NCBI GenBank assembly: GCA_030265395.1
Contig: JARFYF010000022.1
Coordinates: 37,466,550-37,530,549 of the forward strand
Source: Rhina ancylostomus
Lineage: Eukaryota
Direction of reading: 5' to 3'
Length of the DNA: 64,000 bases
Position numbers and translations under genes: made by a program. The notes below the pieces were generated by a model. It saw only the letters and a program-made list of their open reading frames with translations. It was not told where the DNA came from and made no database searches. The first letter of the stretch is position 1, and every line of letters starts with the position of its first letter. Below are positions 53,017 through 64,000 of the stretch, one piece after another.

Positions 53017-56000
53017 TCACGATGGTCCAACTAGGAAGAAACAAAACAGGGAAATGTCAATATTACTTCAGTCATAATGTCATCTGACAAAAGGAAAGAA
53101 ATACAATGCAGTTACTTTTGGATGGAAAATTAACTGAAAATAACAGAAATTTGAACCCACTGCCGTCAAGAACTTTAAGAAGTCCCAGGACAAATAATAT
53201 GATTAAGAGAAAAAAATTAATCTACTGCAATGCAGGACATTTACATCAATATTCTAAGGCAATAGGTATCACTTCGATACTTAATATAATTTTTAACCAG
53301 ATGAAAATTAATATATCAAAATACTAAGACCCATTGTTAATAAATGTAGCTCAGTGTGTAAATAACAATCTTGAATTCTTTAAACAATTATTTGACCAGA
53401 GGATTAAGAAAAATTTACTTTCCAATGCTACTTTCATTAATCTGAGATATGAGCAGAATTCAGTATTGACAAAAAACACAGATAAACGATGGGACAATTA
53501 AAACTGAAATGTTAAAATTAAGTGAAATATCTTACATTGTACTGAAATGTTCAAATATTTTCACAGCAGTGAGGTTTTTGCTTAAATGTTGTTCAATAAT
53601 AAAAATTTTGTAATTATGTCATTCCACTTTAGTTCTAGTTGTTGGCCTTTCATAAACAATTGATGCTTTACTTCTGAAATTATTCACAATGTAAGGCTCA
53701 GTTAATCTACAGGTGATGTGGGCCAAAGGTTTCTTAAAAACTAAGATGGGTAATAAATACTTTCCTTGCCAGTGATGCCCATGTCCAAAGAATAAAAATT
53801 ATTTATTTTCTAGATAGAGCTGGCCAGAATTATATTGTGTCATATGTTTTTATAATTGTGTAAGCATGTCAAATGTTATCCACATAAACAAATAAACCAA
53901 TCAAATTCCATACAATGCTACTGCAATGGAATAATAAGCTTGCCCCATGATAGTGAATTATCAGAACAGTTTGCTAACTGACCATAAATGACTATTGCAC
54001 AAGCCTATTAGCTTTCCGGCAACTTAATGAATGACAACATAGTAGCTATTGTTCCTATGGAATTCACAATCTTGTGATTTGAGCTGCATCAGCACCTGCA
54101 GTCAGAATTTGGCAACAAGACACAGGTGCTGATGTTCACACTGCTCAAGTTTGATTTTACTTTGGCGACAAAAACAAAAACACCCAGGATTTCAGTGACA
54201 CCAAAGTGGAAGTAGTTTAAAACAACTGGGAATGCAAATAAATCCAAATAGATGCCAATGTGGATTGAAAAACATGAAAATGCATTTTAATGCTGCTGTT
54301 CTTAACAAACCTTGACTGGCATACATGCCAAAAGTAGTATATCTCCCAAAAGTTAAAAATCCAAATGAAAGCAAGGAAAAAAATGATCTTATTTCCCTCA
54401 GCATTTAAGTCAAGATCACATAGGATTTTGAAATGTTCAGGCAACCAGGGTTTTTCAACCCACTTAATTTGACAAATAAGTTTGTTACGCCACAGGACCT
54501 GTAGTTGTTAACTGAACAACTGGAAGCTCTAATTAATCCAGGGAAAGCTGCTCAATTTACAGTGTCAGTTTACTCATTACAGTGCAGCTGAAATCACACT
54601 CCACCAATGCTGAACTGTTAAGTCCATCTTCACATGATGACAAACCAGCATGTTGCAATAAAATCTTCATGCAGTTATTGAGCGAAATAAATTTTAAAAA
54701 ACAAAAGCTGAGGTTTATATCGTCTTGCTTCAGTAATGGATTGGTGACAGATTCCAAAGGCTGACTTCTAAGCCAAATTCCATTCCAATAAATCAGGTTT
54801 TACACTGGGATTAACAAGTCAAAAGTCAATTCTCTTAGGGAAGTATTAACCACATAATAACTACAACACTGAAACGAGTTATTCAGCTCAAATGATCTAT
54901 GCCATTGATTTAACGAAAATATTCCAATCTTGCCATATTCCTCTATCCCCTGCTTCTGTGTAAAGAACTTCATCCTAATTTGCTTCTGGAGAGTCCATCA
55001 TCCTCCAGGTCTATTTAAATGGCTGCAGATAGTTCCTATCATTATTGCATGCAAACACTGCCATTGATATCCTTAGTAACATGACCCCAGTAGGGCTGAG
55101 ATTAAGATTAGGCACAATTTTATTCGATGACAGAGCAGATTCAAGGGACCATACAACCGACTCCTGCTCTTATTTCTTATACTTTTTTCTGCATTGACCA
55201 GACCACCAGCTCCACTCATACCCCCCCCTCTTCCCCAAAAAACATCTACCAAAGCATTCCTTCACCACTATTTCATCTGGGCCTCCAATTTTCTATTTTC
55301 AAATGTGATCAATCCCTTAAAACTTTATTTTGTTTACCCCATTCACTATTTTGCACTTGTTCCCTTTAAATACAACACTGGAAACAGCCCTCTCGTGAGG
55401 AAGTTGCAAAATATTAACAACCTTGTCCATGCCTTCACATATTTCCTTTTCCATTCCTAATAAGGCCTATTCTTTCCTTGGTTGTCCTCTTGCTTTTTAT
55501 GTTCTACATTGTTTTCATTAGCCAATTATTTTTCATACCATTTCTTTACCTTCCTCAATTTACCTTCACACTTACACTTGGTATATTCTTCCAGGCTTTC
55601 TGCTGATTTCAAGGTCTCAATGTTCTACACAAGCTTCCCCTCTTTGCCTTATCCTACCCACTCTGCAAGACTTGGTTCTGTCCAGCCTGTCCACATTAGC
55701 CACTTGCAAGATCTAATGCTCTTTAGGTTAACATTTTTATGCTTATCCACTAGATGAGTTTTCAACTGAATAGTACAATCAGAAGAAACTTCTGAAAGTG
55801 AGGTAAAAAACACATGGCCTGCTGCATGAGTTCCACTCAGTCTTAATCCCTGTTTTGTTAATTTTTGATCAGACCATACCAACATTTTATTGTAACCAGT
55901 GGGAAATACATCTGCTTCTGACAAAAAAAGATGGGAAGTAGATATTATTGACAAAGTTGAGCAACATCCACCTGCAGATGTTAGGCAAGTTAACTGCAGG

Positions 56001-58419
56001 TGGGTCACGTATTAAAAAAACAAATGCATTTCTGGGATATTAGCCATCTTGCAACAAATAGTGTGTACAATGACCCAGTGATTATTGTAAGCCTTGACAA
56101 CCCCTTGGTTTGAGTTCAAACCACAGAAGGTTACAAAAAACAAAGAAAAATATCTGGTTTGGTAACTGCAGCTACTATCAGAACACAAAAGCTACTGCTC
56201 GTTATAAAAACACTGCTTCACAAATGCCCGAGGGAAGGGAATCTGCAACCCCTAACAAATTCAACTTGCATGCAACTTCAGTTCAACATGACATGCTAGG
56301 ACAATTTTGGAAAAGCAACAAACACTGCTTTGCAACTGTTAACAATGTCTCAGAAAGAAAACTAGCATGAAAAGCTCCCAAGGCCCTTTACCAGAAAGTT
56401 ATATTAATGTCACATGTGCACAGGAGCCATTTTTCATTAACAGAACAATAAAAACAAGACGAGTTATGAACTATCCATCCCCTCTTGAAAGAGCATGCAA
56501 TCCTTACACTTTCTGTGAAAACCTGCTGGCTTATGGTGATGCTTCAAAGTTTCCTCAGTCACCTTCAATCAGCATCTTCTACATTATATAAAGCAGTTTG
56601 GTTCAAATGCTGCAGCAGGAGCTATTCTGAGAAGACTAAGTTGGCCTTCACCCATTTCATATTCTGAATTGATAAAACCAGGAATATATACAAATCTACC
56701 AGAAAGTTGGGTAATGAGGTTTAAAATGCACCTTTAGATGAAGTAGGACATGAAGCATTGGGAACAGCCTTCCTCAGCATTGGATGGTTGGAGAGGGGGA
56801 CAATATTAAAAGTTAAGGGTAGAGCTTGTTGCAGCAGCCCAGTGATGGTGGCACTGACCTTGCAGTCACAATGAAGGCAAAACTGTCAGCACTGTTTGCT
56901 TCACAATATTCAGCTGTCGACTTCCAAATGTGCACATGCTCAGTTAAATACAGAAAAACAGTCTTTTTTGTGATACCTTGATCCTCCAAAGGATGCAATT
57001 CTTTGCAACTTTCCCCAGTCCAATCAGAAAATCATACCCAAGAAAAACAAGGATTTTTGAACCATTCTTGCTGTAAAATGCCCCCAAAAGTATTTATTTA
57101 ATTGCATAAGAGAGCAGGCTTTAAATAGCATAATAAGTCATAATAATTCCTTTGCAATCTCTGTCTTAAAAACACTACATGTATAGATTGTAACACTCAA
57201 ATTTTGAAATACAATGAAACTAAATAAATGTTTAAAGTTTTTGGTATTTCAGCCTCTACCCTCATCTCACATGTTAGCCCTAATCTTGATTTTATTCTTT
57301 ACAATGATTCAAGTGCTCTTCAAATATTGCACATCTTGCATTTTGATTTGTTGTCCAAATTCCTCAGCACAATTCTCTGCTTGGTCCCCTTAACCATTTC
57401 ACTGTTGCTGGATACAAGGATCCCCTTGAGCCGATCAGTGACTGCAATCGGACAGAAAAGTGGAAAGTCCAACTCACAGATTTCTTTGAGCACCATTGAT
57501 GTGCAGCCGACTACATAATCCAAAGTAATGTATTTTTTTTCTTTCCAAAGTTTAAAGTGGAGGAAATGACACATAATAACAAAGGACCAGTGGCGGGTTA
57601 CCCAGAGGATTATCATCAGAATATAAATACAACCTTAACCGATATTTACAGATAATGTCACCAAAGGCAGCAGGAAGCCTAGCTTCCTACTAGTGCCTGG
57701 AGATCTGCAAAATCAAATGAAGTTGCACTGAACAAGAGTTGCTTTGGGAAAGGTAATAGCAAACTCAAACAAATGTAGTCTATTAAAAATGGACAAAAAA
57801 GGGCCATATTATTGATCAAATTAAACCGCAGAAAGGTTGGCAAGGATAATGCACCATGTTAGCAAGCAGTTGTGATACATGACAATTTATGGCACAGGGT
57901 CAAGAACCAGGATGCATAGAATGAAAACAAGTGGCAAAAGAATAAAAACTAAAAAAAGTTCCTTTTCTCCCCTCACACAGCAATCCAAGAGTCTGGTTTG
58001 CACCGCCAAGAATAGCAGTAGAAGCTGCTTCAGCTGTAGGTTTCAAAATGGGCACCAATAAGTATCTGAAAGGAAAGTATTTGTAAAGCTATGGGAAGTG
58101 AGATTAGCAGGATTGTTCTTATATAAAGTCAGTATGAATTGAAGGGCCAAATGGCCCCCTTCCATGCTGTAACCAATGATTCTGGTTAGAAGTATCCCAT
58201 TTTTCTCATTAAATTCAACCTCCTAAATTCAATTTATGTTATTGTTGCCACTCACATGGATGCCCATTCATCCCAATGCACTAAATATCCAAACAACTTC
58301 AAAACTGTTCACAACAATAGCTAGAGAAAAGTTCTGAGACTGAAATATTTTTACAATCTTTTGAATTTTACAACTTCCAAGTAAAATTTGATGCACTTTT
58401 TTCTTCTTTGCTCCATCAT

Positions 58420-59100
58420 GATACTATCCTTAAACTATTCCAGTGCTAGCCATCAGAATATAGTAAACGCATTTCCATTAAAATAGCTTCTGACCCCAAA
58501 TCCTCTGCAATCTACTATAGATTAATCCTTCACCATCCAAGACTTCCTTCACAAGCAAAGCTGTTCATCTTTTTCAACTGATCATTTAGGGAAACAAAAC
58601 CCTTTAGACCATAATTTACTTTCAGCAACACATCTGATGGTTTCCCTTGACCCAAGCATCACCACCAAAACCTTGGCATCCCCCACAATTCATTGCTGAA
58701 TTTCAAATTTCATTTGCTGTCATCTTCAAGATATTTCCATCTTTGCAACTGTGTTTTGCCCACCCATACTGCTGACTATTTATCTCTGGTATTACAGCTC
58801 TCCAATATCTTTCTTGTGGCTCACCACCCAAAACTCCCAAGTTCTATTGCCTATATTTTGTCCTGCATGAAGTGCCACTTTCCAAAGACTCTTATTCACT
58901 TACATATATTAACCCTCTGTTCTTCATTGCATTTAATTTAAAATTTATCTTTAAATTCTCTGCAGCTTGTCCCCATCCTGGCTTTACAATTTCTTCCTGC
59001 TTTGGCTCCTCTTCGTGGTCCGTGCTTAAAAAGTTCAGCCTCTATAACATCCTGTCTACTATTAGGAAACCTTCCCCAAACACAATTGTTCTTGAGAAGG
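58420..59100 (+). mobile_element. Old L2-like LINE fragment
   Basis: C/T-rich strand with decayed L2 ORF2-like content (HFHLCN, AAYILS, FNLKFIFK). Confidence 0.4.
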
Positions 59101-59719
59101 TCTGCTAACCCTGGATATATATGGTCAGTTCATAGCAGCACATACTAACAATGAAAACTAGTTTTTGCATTTATTGCTCAGGATTGGGGGGTAGTACTGA
59201 GGTATGTGTTTTTACCTTCTTAAAAATCACTAAAGGCATGCATGACTGTTCAATATTGTGTATTCCTTTTTTGAACAAGCATAGAATGTAGATACAAGAA
59301 AGGTTAACACTTACTACCCATTTCAGTTGTCTTCTAAACTGAATGGCTTGATAGGCCATTTAAGAGATTAACCATTTTGCTGCATCAGAGATCACATGAC
59401 AGACCAGGTAAATGGTAGAACATTGATGAATCTGACAGGATTTTATAACAATGCAGCACTTTCATTGTACCATTACAGAGGCTCTTTATCCTAGATTTAA
59501 TTACTTGTTTAAATTCCCTTGCTGCATTGTTGAGATGCAAACTCGTGTCTCTGAACCAATTATCCAGGTCTGTGAAAACTATCCAGTGACAACTGAGAAA
59601 AGTCAGACGTGTTGAAGTTTAACCTTCCTTATTTACTTCAACATTTATTCAATTCAATAACATAATTGCGCTATTTATTCACTTAGCAAGGAGGATGCAT
59701 TCCCAGTGCTAAAATGGGT

Positions 59720-59885
59720 CATTATAGAATCATAGAGCACATGAATGTGCAGAGAATGGAGGGATATGGACATTAAGTAGGCAGAAGGGTATCAGTTTAG
59801 TCATGCATTTCATTAATAGTTTAATTAGTTTGGCACACTGTGGGCCAAAGGACCTATTCCTGTGCCGTACTGTTCTCTATTCTAA
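59720..59885 (+). mobile_element. CR1 3' tail
   Basis: GGAGGGATATGGAC...TGTGGGCCAAAGGACCTATTCCTGTGCCGTACTGTTCT. Confidence 0.7.
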
Positions 59886-59939
59886 TAACTATGCTTTCAA
59901 ACCCACAATTCTAGCCATCAATTGACATTTTCACTTCAG

Positions 59940-60315
59940 AAAATTCCTGGTTCAATTTCCACTCCAGAAGATTTGAAAACACAAATCCAGCTTGATACTA
60001 CAGCAAACCACTGAATGATGTGAAACTGCTGCTACAGGTGCCAACTTCCAGATGAGACTAACCCAACATTCCATCTACTCTCTCATGTAGACATACAGTT
60101 CCCACGGATGTAGGTAAACTTATCCTTGGTATCTTAAAGTAGTTTTGGTCATTATCAAATAACTGTTCGTGGGAGTTTGCCGAACAGAAAATTGTCTGCT
60201 GCATTTCCAACATTCCAACAGTGATGATGTTCAAGGAAGATATTATTGGATGTAAAACTCCCTGCTTTATCCCAAAAAGGAATGTGAAAGTGCCATACAA
60301 TATGTCTACTTTTTC
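59940..60315 (+). mobile_element. DeuSINE-like SINE
   Basis: B-box-like GGTTCAATTTCC, Deu-like core GGTGCCAACTTCCAGATGAGAC and GTGGGAG...AAATTGTCTGCTGCATTTCC, L2-like tail. Confidence 0.6.
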
Positions 60316-61969
60316 CTCTCCAAATGAAACCCAAATTAAAACCATTCACAAATCAAACTTTAAAAGCAATTTTAAATAAAAAACACAAACAGTTCTTTAC
60401 AGAATTCTGACCGTGTATGCATGATGAAAGCTCTACTCAGCACAGTATCAAGATGAGTTTGAATAAGCAGTAAGAGTAATATTGTGAAAAAAATTTCAGA
60501 GAAAGCCAGAGATGGGGACAACAATCTTGAAATGGGAGCATCAAAGGGTAGGACAGTTAATTGGAAAGGGACAAGTGATTAGATCAAGTGAAAAATAACA
60601 GGAGACATGAAGTACAAACAAATGTTCAGTGATCAGCCAGGGAGCACCTCAGTGCAGGGTGGTTTAATGCTGAGGGGAAAGCAGAGAGGCAGCTAAATAG
60701 AAGTCCCTCAATTTCCAGTGATCAAATTGGACACTTCCTGCAGATGATAAAGAGGGCAGAGAAGGCAGAAGGACTCAGGTGCAAGAAAAAGTTGTGCTCT
60801 CCAAAATGATGGCCCAAAACATTTTATGTCAAATGTTGGAAATGCAGCACAGTAGCCAAAAATCAATATTTCTAGTTTAAGTATCCCCAGAGTTGACTGA
60901 CCATTCTAACTACCGCAGTTGAAACTGCACACATCAGAAAAGGATAACAGATATAACCTCCACCCACTCCCCTTTCAAAAAAATCTGCCAAAATGATGCC
61001 AGCGATCACTACCCACAAAAATCATAGGACAGAAGGGAATTAACATTTTGGAAAGGGAAAAACTGGAACAGTGAATATTGGATTTAAGTAGGCCACTACT
61101 GTACTTCACCATGTTCTTTCATAAAACAGGATTGAAGTCCAAACTGTACCAAAACTGGGCAAAGGAATTTACATTAATAGACACTTCCAGCAATGATTAA
61201 ACTAATAGAAATCAATGGCAGCACCTAAGAGCATAAAGTTGCAGGCCCACTCTAAAATTTAACATTAAATAACGATCTAACATTTTCTGTTTTGTACCTA
61301 GGGCAGGGAAGAGCAATTTGTTGCCGTGGCTCCTTTTCCATGATACATTAAACAAAGATGTGTCTGCCTGTAGATGCAAAATTCCATGGGACTAAGGTGC
61401 TTCCCATAAAAGGTGGCACTTCTTCCTTCAGTCACCAAAAGAAACCAAACATCTGGCCATTTGCTTTGAGCCCTTACAGCAAGTAGTTTGGCTGCAGCAT
61501 AGGCCTACAGTATTGCACCCAAATATAATTTATTGGTTTAATGAAGTTTGACAAATTAGAAGAGTCAATAGATAAAATAACATGTTCTCGAATCGTGGCC
61601 GGTGCTGTACAAAGTGTGCCTTTGTCTATGAAGGAAGTGCAATCTCCATTGTGTGCAAATTCATCTGCCAATCTGTGCACAGCAAGGCCCCCTCAAGGTC
61701 AACATATGAAATTTTAAAAGTGAAGTTAATTTTGATAACTGAGGAAAAATATACACCTAAATTCCAGTTTGGCTTAAATGGTGCAATAAAATCTGAAGGC
61801 AAAAACAAAGGGACCCTATTCTGGTTCTAGAAGGGAAGAAATAATAATAAAAATATGCAATAGAACTATAATGCAAAATACTCTGTATGCACTAAGGAGT
61901 GGCAACAACAGAATAGATTCCAAGACAAGAACTTGGGAAAACATAATGGAGTTCTTAAAAGTGATATTT

Positions 61970-62855
61970 AAGTTTCAAGTTGATGACCTTTCATAGGGAC
62001 TGGGAAAAGTTATGACTGAGAAATTCTACAGCTCCTTTTTCAAAGCAAAATGTCTCAGGGCACGATGGATATTAACCAAGTCCAACTGCAAAAGGAGATG
62101 TTGGGCCAACAACATCTTCAAAGAGCTAAGATATCCGAGAATAGTATTCACATTCAACTGATCATCTACCCTGATTTTACTGCTTCCAATGCAACATGTC
62201 CAAACCCACCTTATCCCATCCTCGACCCAGACAACCCCCTTCCCCTGCTCACTCCTCCATCTCCACCAATACTCACTCTCTTCCCACAAGATCATTCAAT
62301 GCAACCACAGGATATTTAATTTTTATTTCCTTTCCATCAATCAGGGCTGCAAACATTCTTTCCAGATACAGCAACAATCTACATACGAGTGTCCGTTTAT
62401 TGCTTCATAATCACTGCTCAGGATGTGGGCTCCTCTGCTCAGTCCAGAAACGTGACCCAAGTTTATGGTCAACAGTCACTTTAATACTCCATTCCACTCC
62501 AAAGTCCAATTCCCACATTATTCACACAACAAAATGAAGTACAGCACCCTAGCTTCTGACTAGTCATCTATTACTTCAGAATTTTACAAACAGTACTGTT
62601 TCTCCCACTAGTACCTTCTCCAGGCCAATCTTGTTCCATTACCTTTTTTGCCTTGCACCATCATTCCCAAATCTCTTCTCTCCATCATGTTATGACACAC
62701 CATCTCTCATTTTCTCATAACCTTCCTGATAACTTAAACTTGTTTATCTCTAACTTTTGTTAGTTTTTGATGAAATATTAGCTATTAACCATTTCTCTTC
62801 AGATGTTTCCAGTAGTGTCAACATTTTCTATTTTATTTCAGTTTTTCAGCGTTTA
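61970..62855 (+). mobile_element. Penelope-like element remnant with inverted terminal modules
   Basis: Decayed GIY-YIG region HCSGCGLL..SVQKRDP (ORF 62196-62537); pLTR-like modules at both ends in opposite orientation. Confidence 0.55.
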
Positions 62856-63039
62856 CAATTTTGTTTGCGCTGTATAAAATGTACATTGTTATTTCCAACC
62901 TATAACATTCCTTTATTCAAAGTGCAACTATACATTTAACCAGCATCCACTTAAACCTGGGACTTGAAAACAAGCTGACAGCTACAAGTAAAGACCTAAT
63001 TATTTCTTAACTGTAATGAACATCAGATTGTAAAAAACA

Positions 63040-63770
63040 CAAGAATAAGCCAGTCAGCTCAGAGACTGCACAACCATTCAATAACATCACAGTTGATACA
63101 ATTTTGGCCAAAACGCCACTTTCCCATTCTCTCCCCATTACCATTGTAGTTTAAGCATCTTTCATTCTCACCCTGAATTTATCCAAAGACTCCACCTCCA
63201 AAGCTTTCTTTGGTAGAGAATTCCAAAGATTCACGATCCTTAAGAAATTTCACCTCATCTCCATCGATATTGAGCAACCCCTTATTCTTTAGCCATTCTC
63301 CTAATTTCAAGATACCCCCACCAGGGGAAACGTCCTTTCAGCATTCACCCAGTCAAAACCTCTCAGCATTTTGTTTCACTAAGATTATCTCCATCTTCTG
63401 TACTCTTGAGTATAGGGCCCAATCTGCTTAATTTTTACTCTTGTCAACTCCATCCCATAAATCAACCTCATGAACCTTCTCAGTGTGGCCTCCAATGCGT
63501 GCACCCTTTCCTTAAAGATGCAGACCAAACCAGATGCAAAACTCCATGCAAATTGTCACACCTATAAAATTACAGAGCTTCCTTACTTCCATACTCTTTA
63601 CTGTTTGCTATAAAGAGTAATCTTTCATTACTGTGCCTATTTGGGTGACATACCTGCACATTTTTTCCTTTGTATTTCATACACTAGGACCCTCAGGTTT
63701 CTTTGTACTGCAACATTTTGTTGATTCACTCCATTTAGATAATTTGCATTTTCTTTCTTCCTTTCTGAGT
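63040..63770 (-). mobile_element. CR1 LINE 3' fragment
   Basis: GAATTCCAAAGATTCAC, AAGAAATTTCACCTCATCTC, CCAGGGGAAAC on the plus strand. Confidence 0.75.
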
Positions 63771-63782
63771 GGATAACCTCAA

Positions 63783-63990
63783 GCAAAAAACAAAACTGCT
63801 GGAAGAACTCAGCACGTAAAACTGCATCTGTGGAGGAAAGGGGATGGTCAACCTTTCATATAGAGGCCCTGCATCAAGACCCCAGTCATCCAGTCCTAAT
63901 GCAGGGTCGTGACCCAAAATGTCAACCATCCTTCGGCCTCCGTGGATACTATTTCACCCACTAAATTCTTCCAGCAGGTCATTTTTTAGC
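63783..63990. repeat. Inverted pair of Penelope-type pLTR modules (~98-bp arms, 12-nt spacer)
   Basis: 63783-63880 is an imperfect reverse complement of 63893-63990 (CTGCTGGAAGAA/TTCTTCCAGCAG, GGATGGT/ACCATCC, CCCTGCAT/ATGCAGGG). Confidence 0.8.
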
Positions 63991-64000
63991 TCCAAATCCC

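Noticed and set aside
53031-64000. Search for nap1l4 exon 1 and promoter
   Set aside because: No CpG island or convincing first exon seen; likely outside the window

Overview
AT-rich vertebrate genomic DNA with 11 N-gaps. The CR1/V-SINE/Penelope repeat landscape suggests a cartilaginous fish (inference). One protein-coding gene spans the window on the minus strand: nap1l4 (nucleosome assembly protein 1-like 4). I reconstructed 14 GT-AG coding exons (53016 down to 967; 394 aa, ending in the CaaX motif CKQQ) plus a 40-nt cassette exon (7233-7272) giving an alternative '...DPKV*' end (383 aa). The polyA signal is at 82-87; the first non-coding exon and promoter appear to lie beyond 64000. Two intronic SNORA54-like H/ACA snoRNAs are present. 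Introns also hold CR1/L2 LINE fragments, SINEs, Penelope-like remnants with degenerate hammerhead cores, a TSD-flanked LTR and several unexplained stem-loops. Most ORFs in the supplied track are repeat-derived or spurious. No wholly new system is demonstrated; the best leads are the C-terminal splice switch, the structured last intron and candidate intronic RNAs. Repeat boundaries are approximate and family names come from recalled motifs, not a database search.
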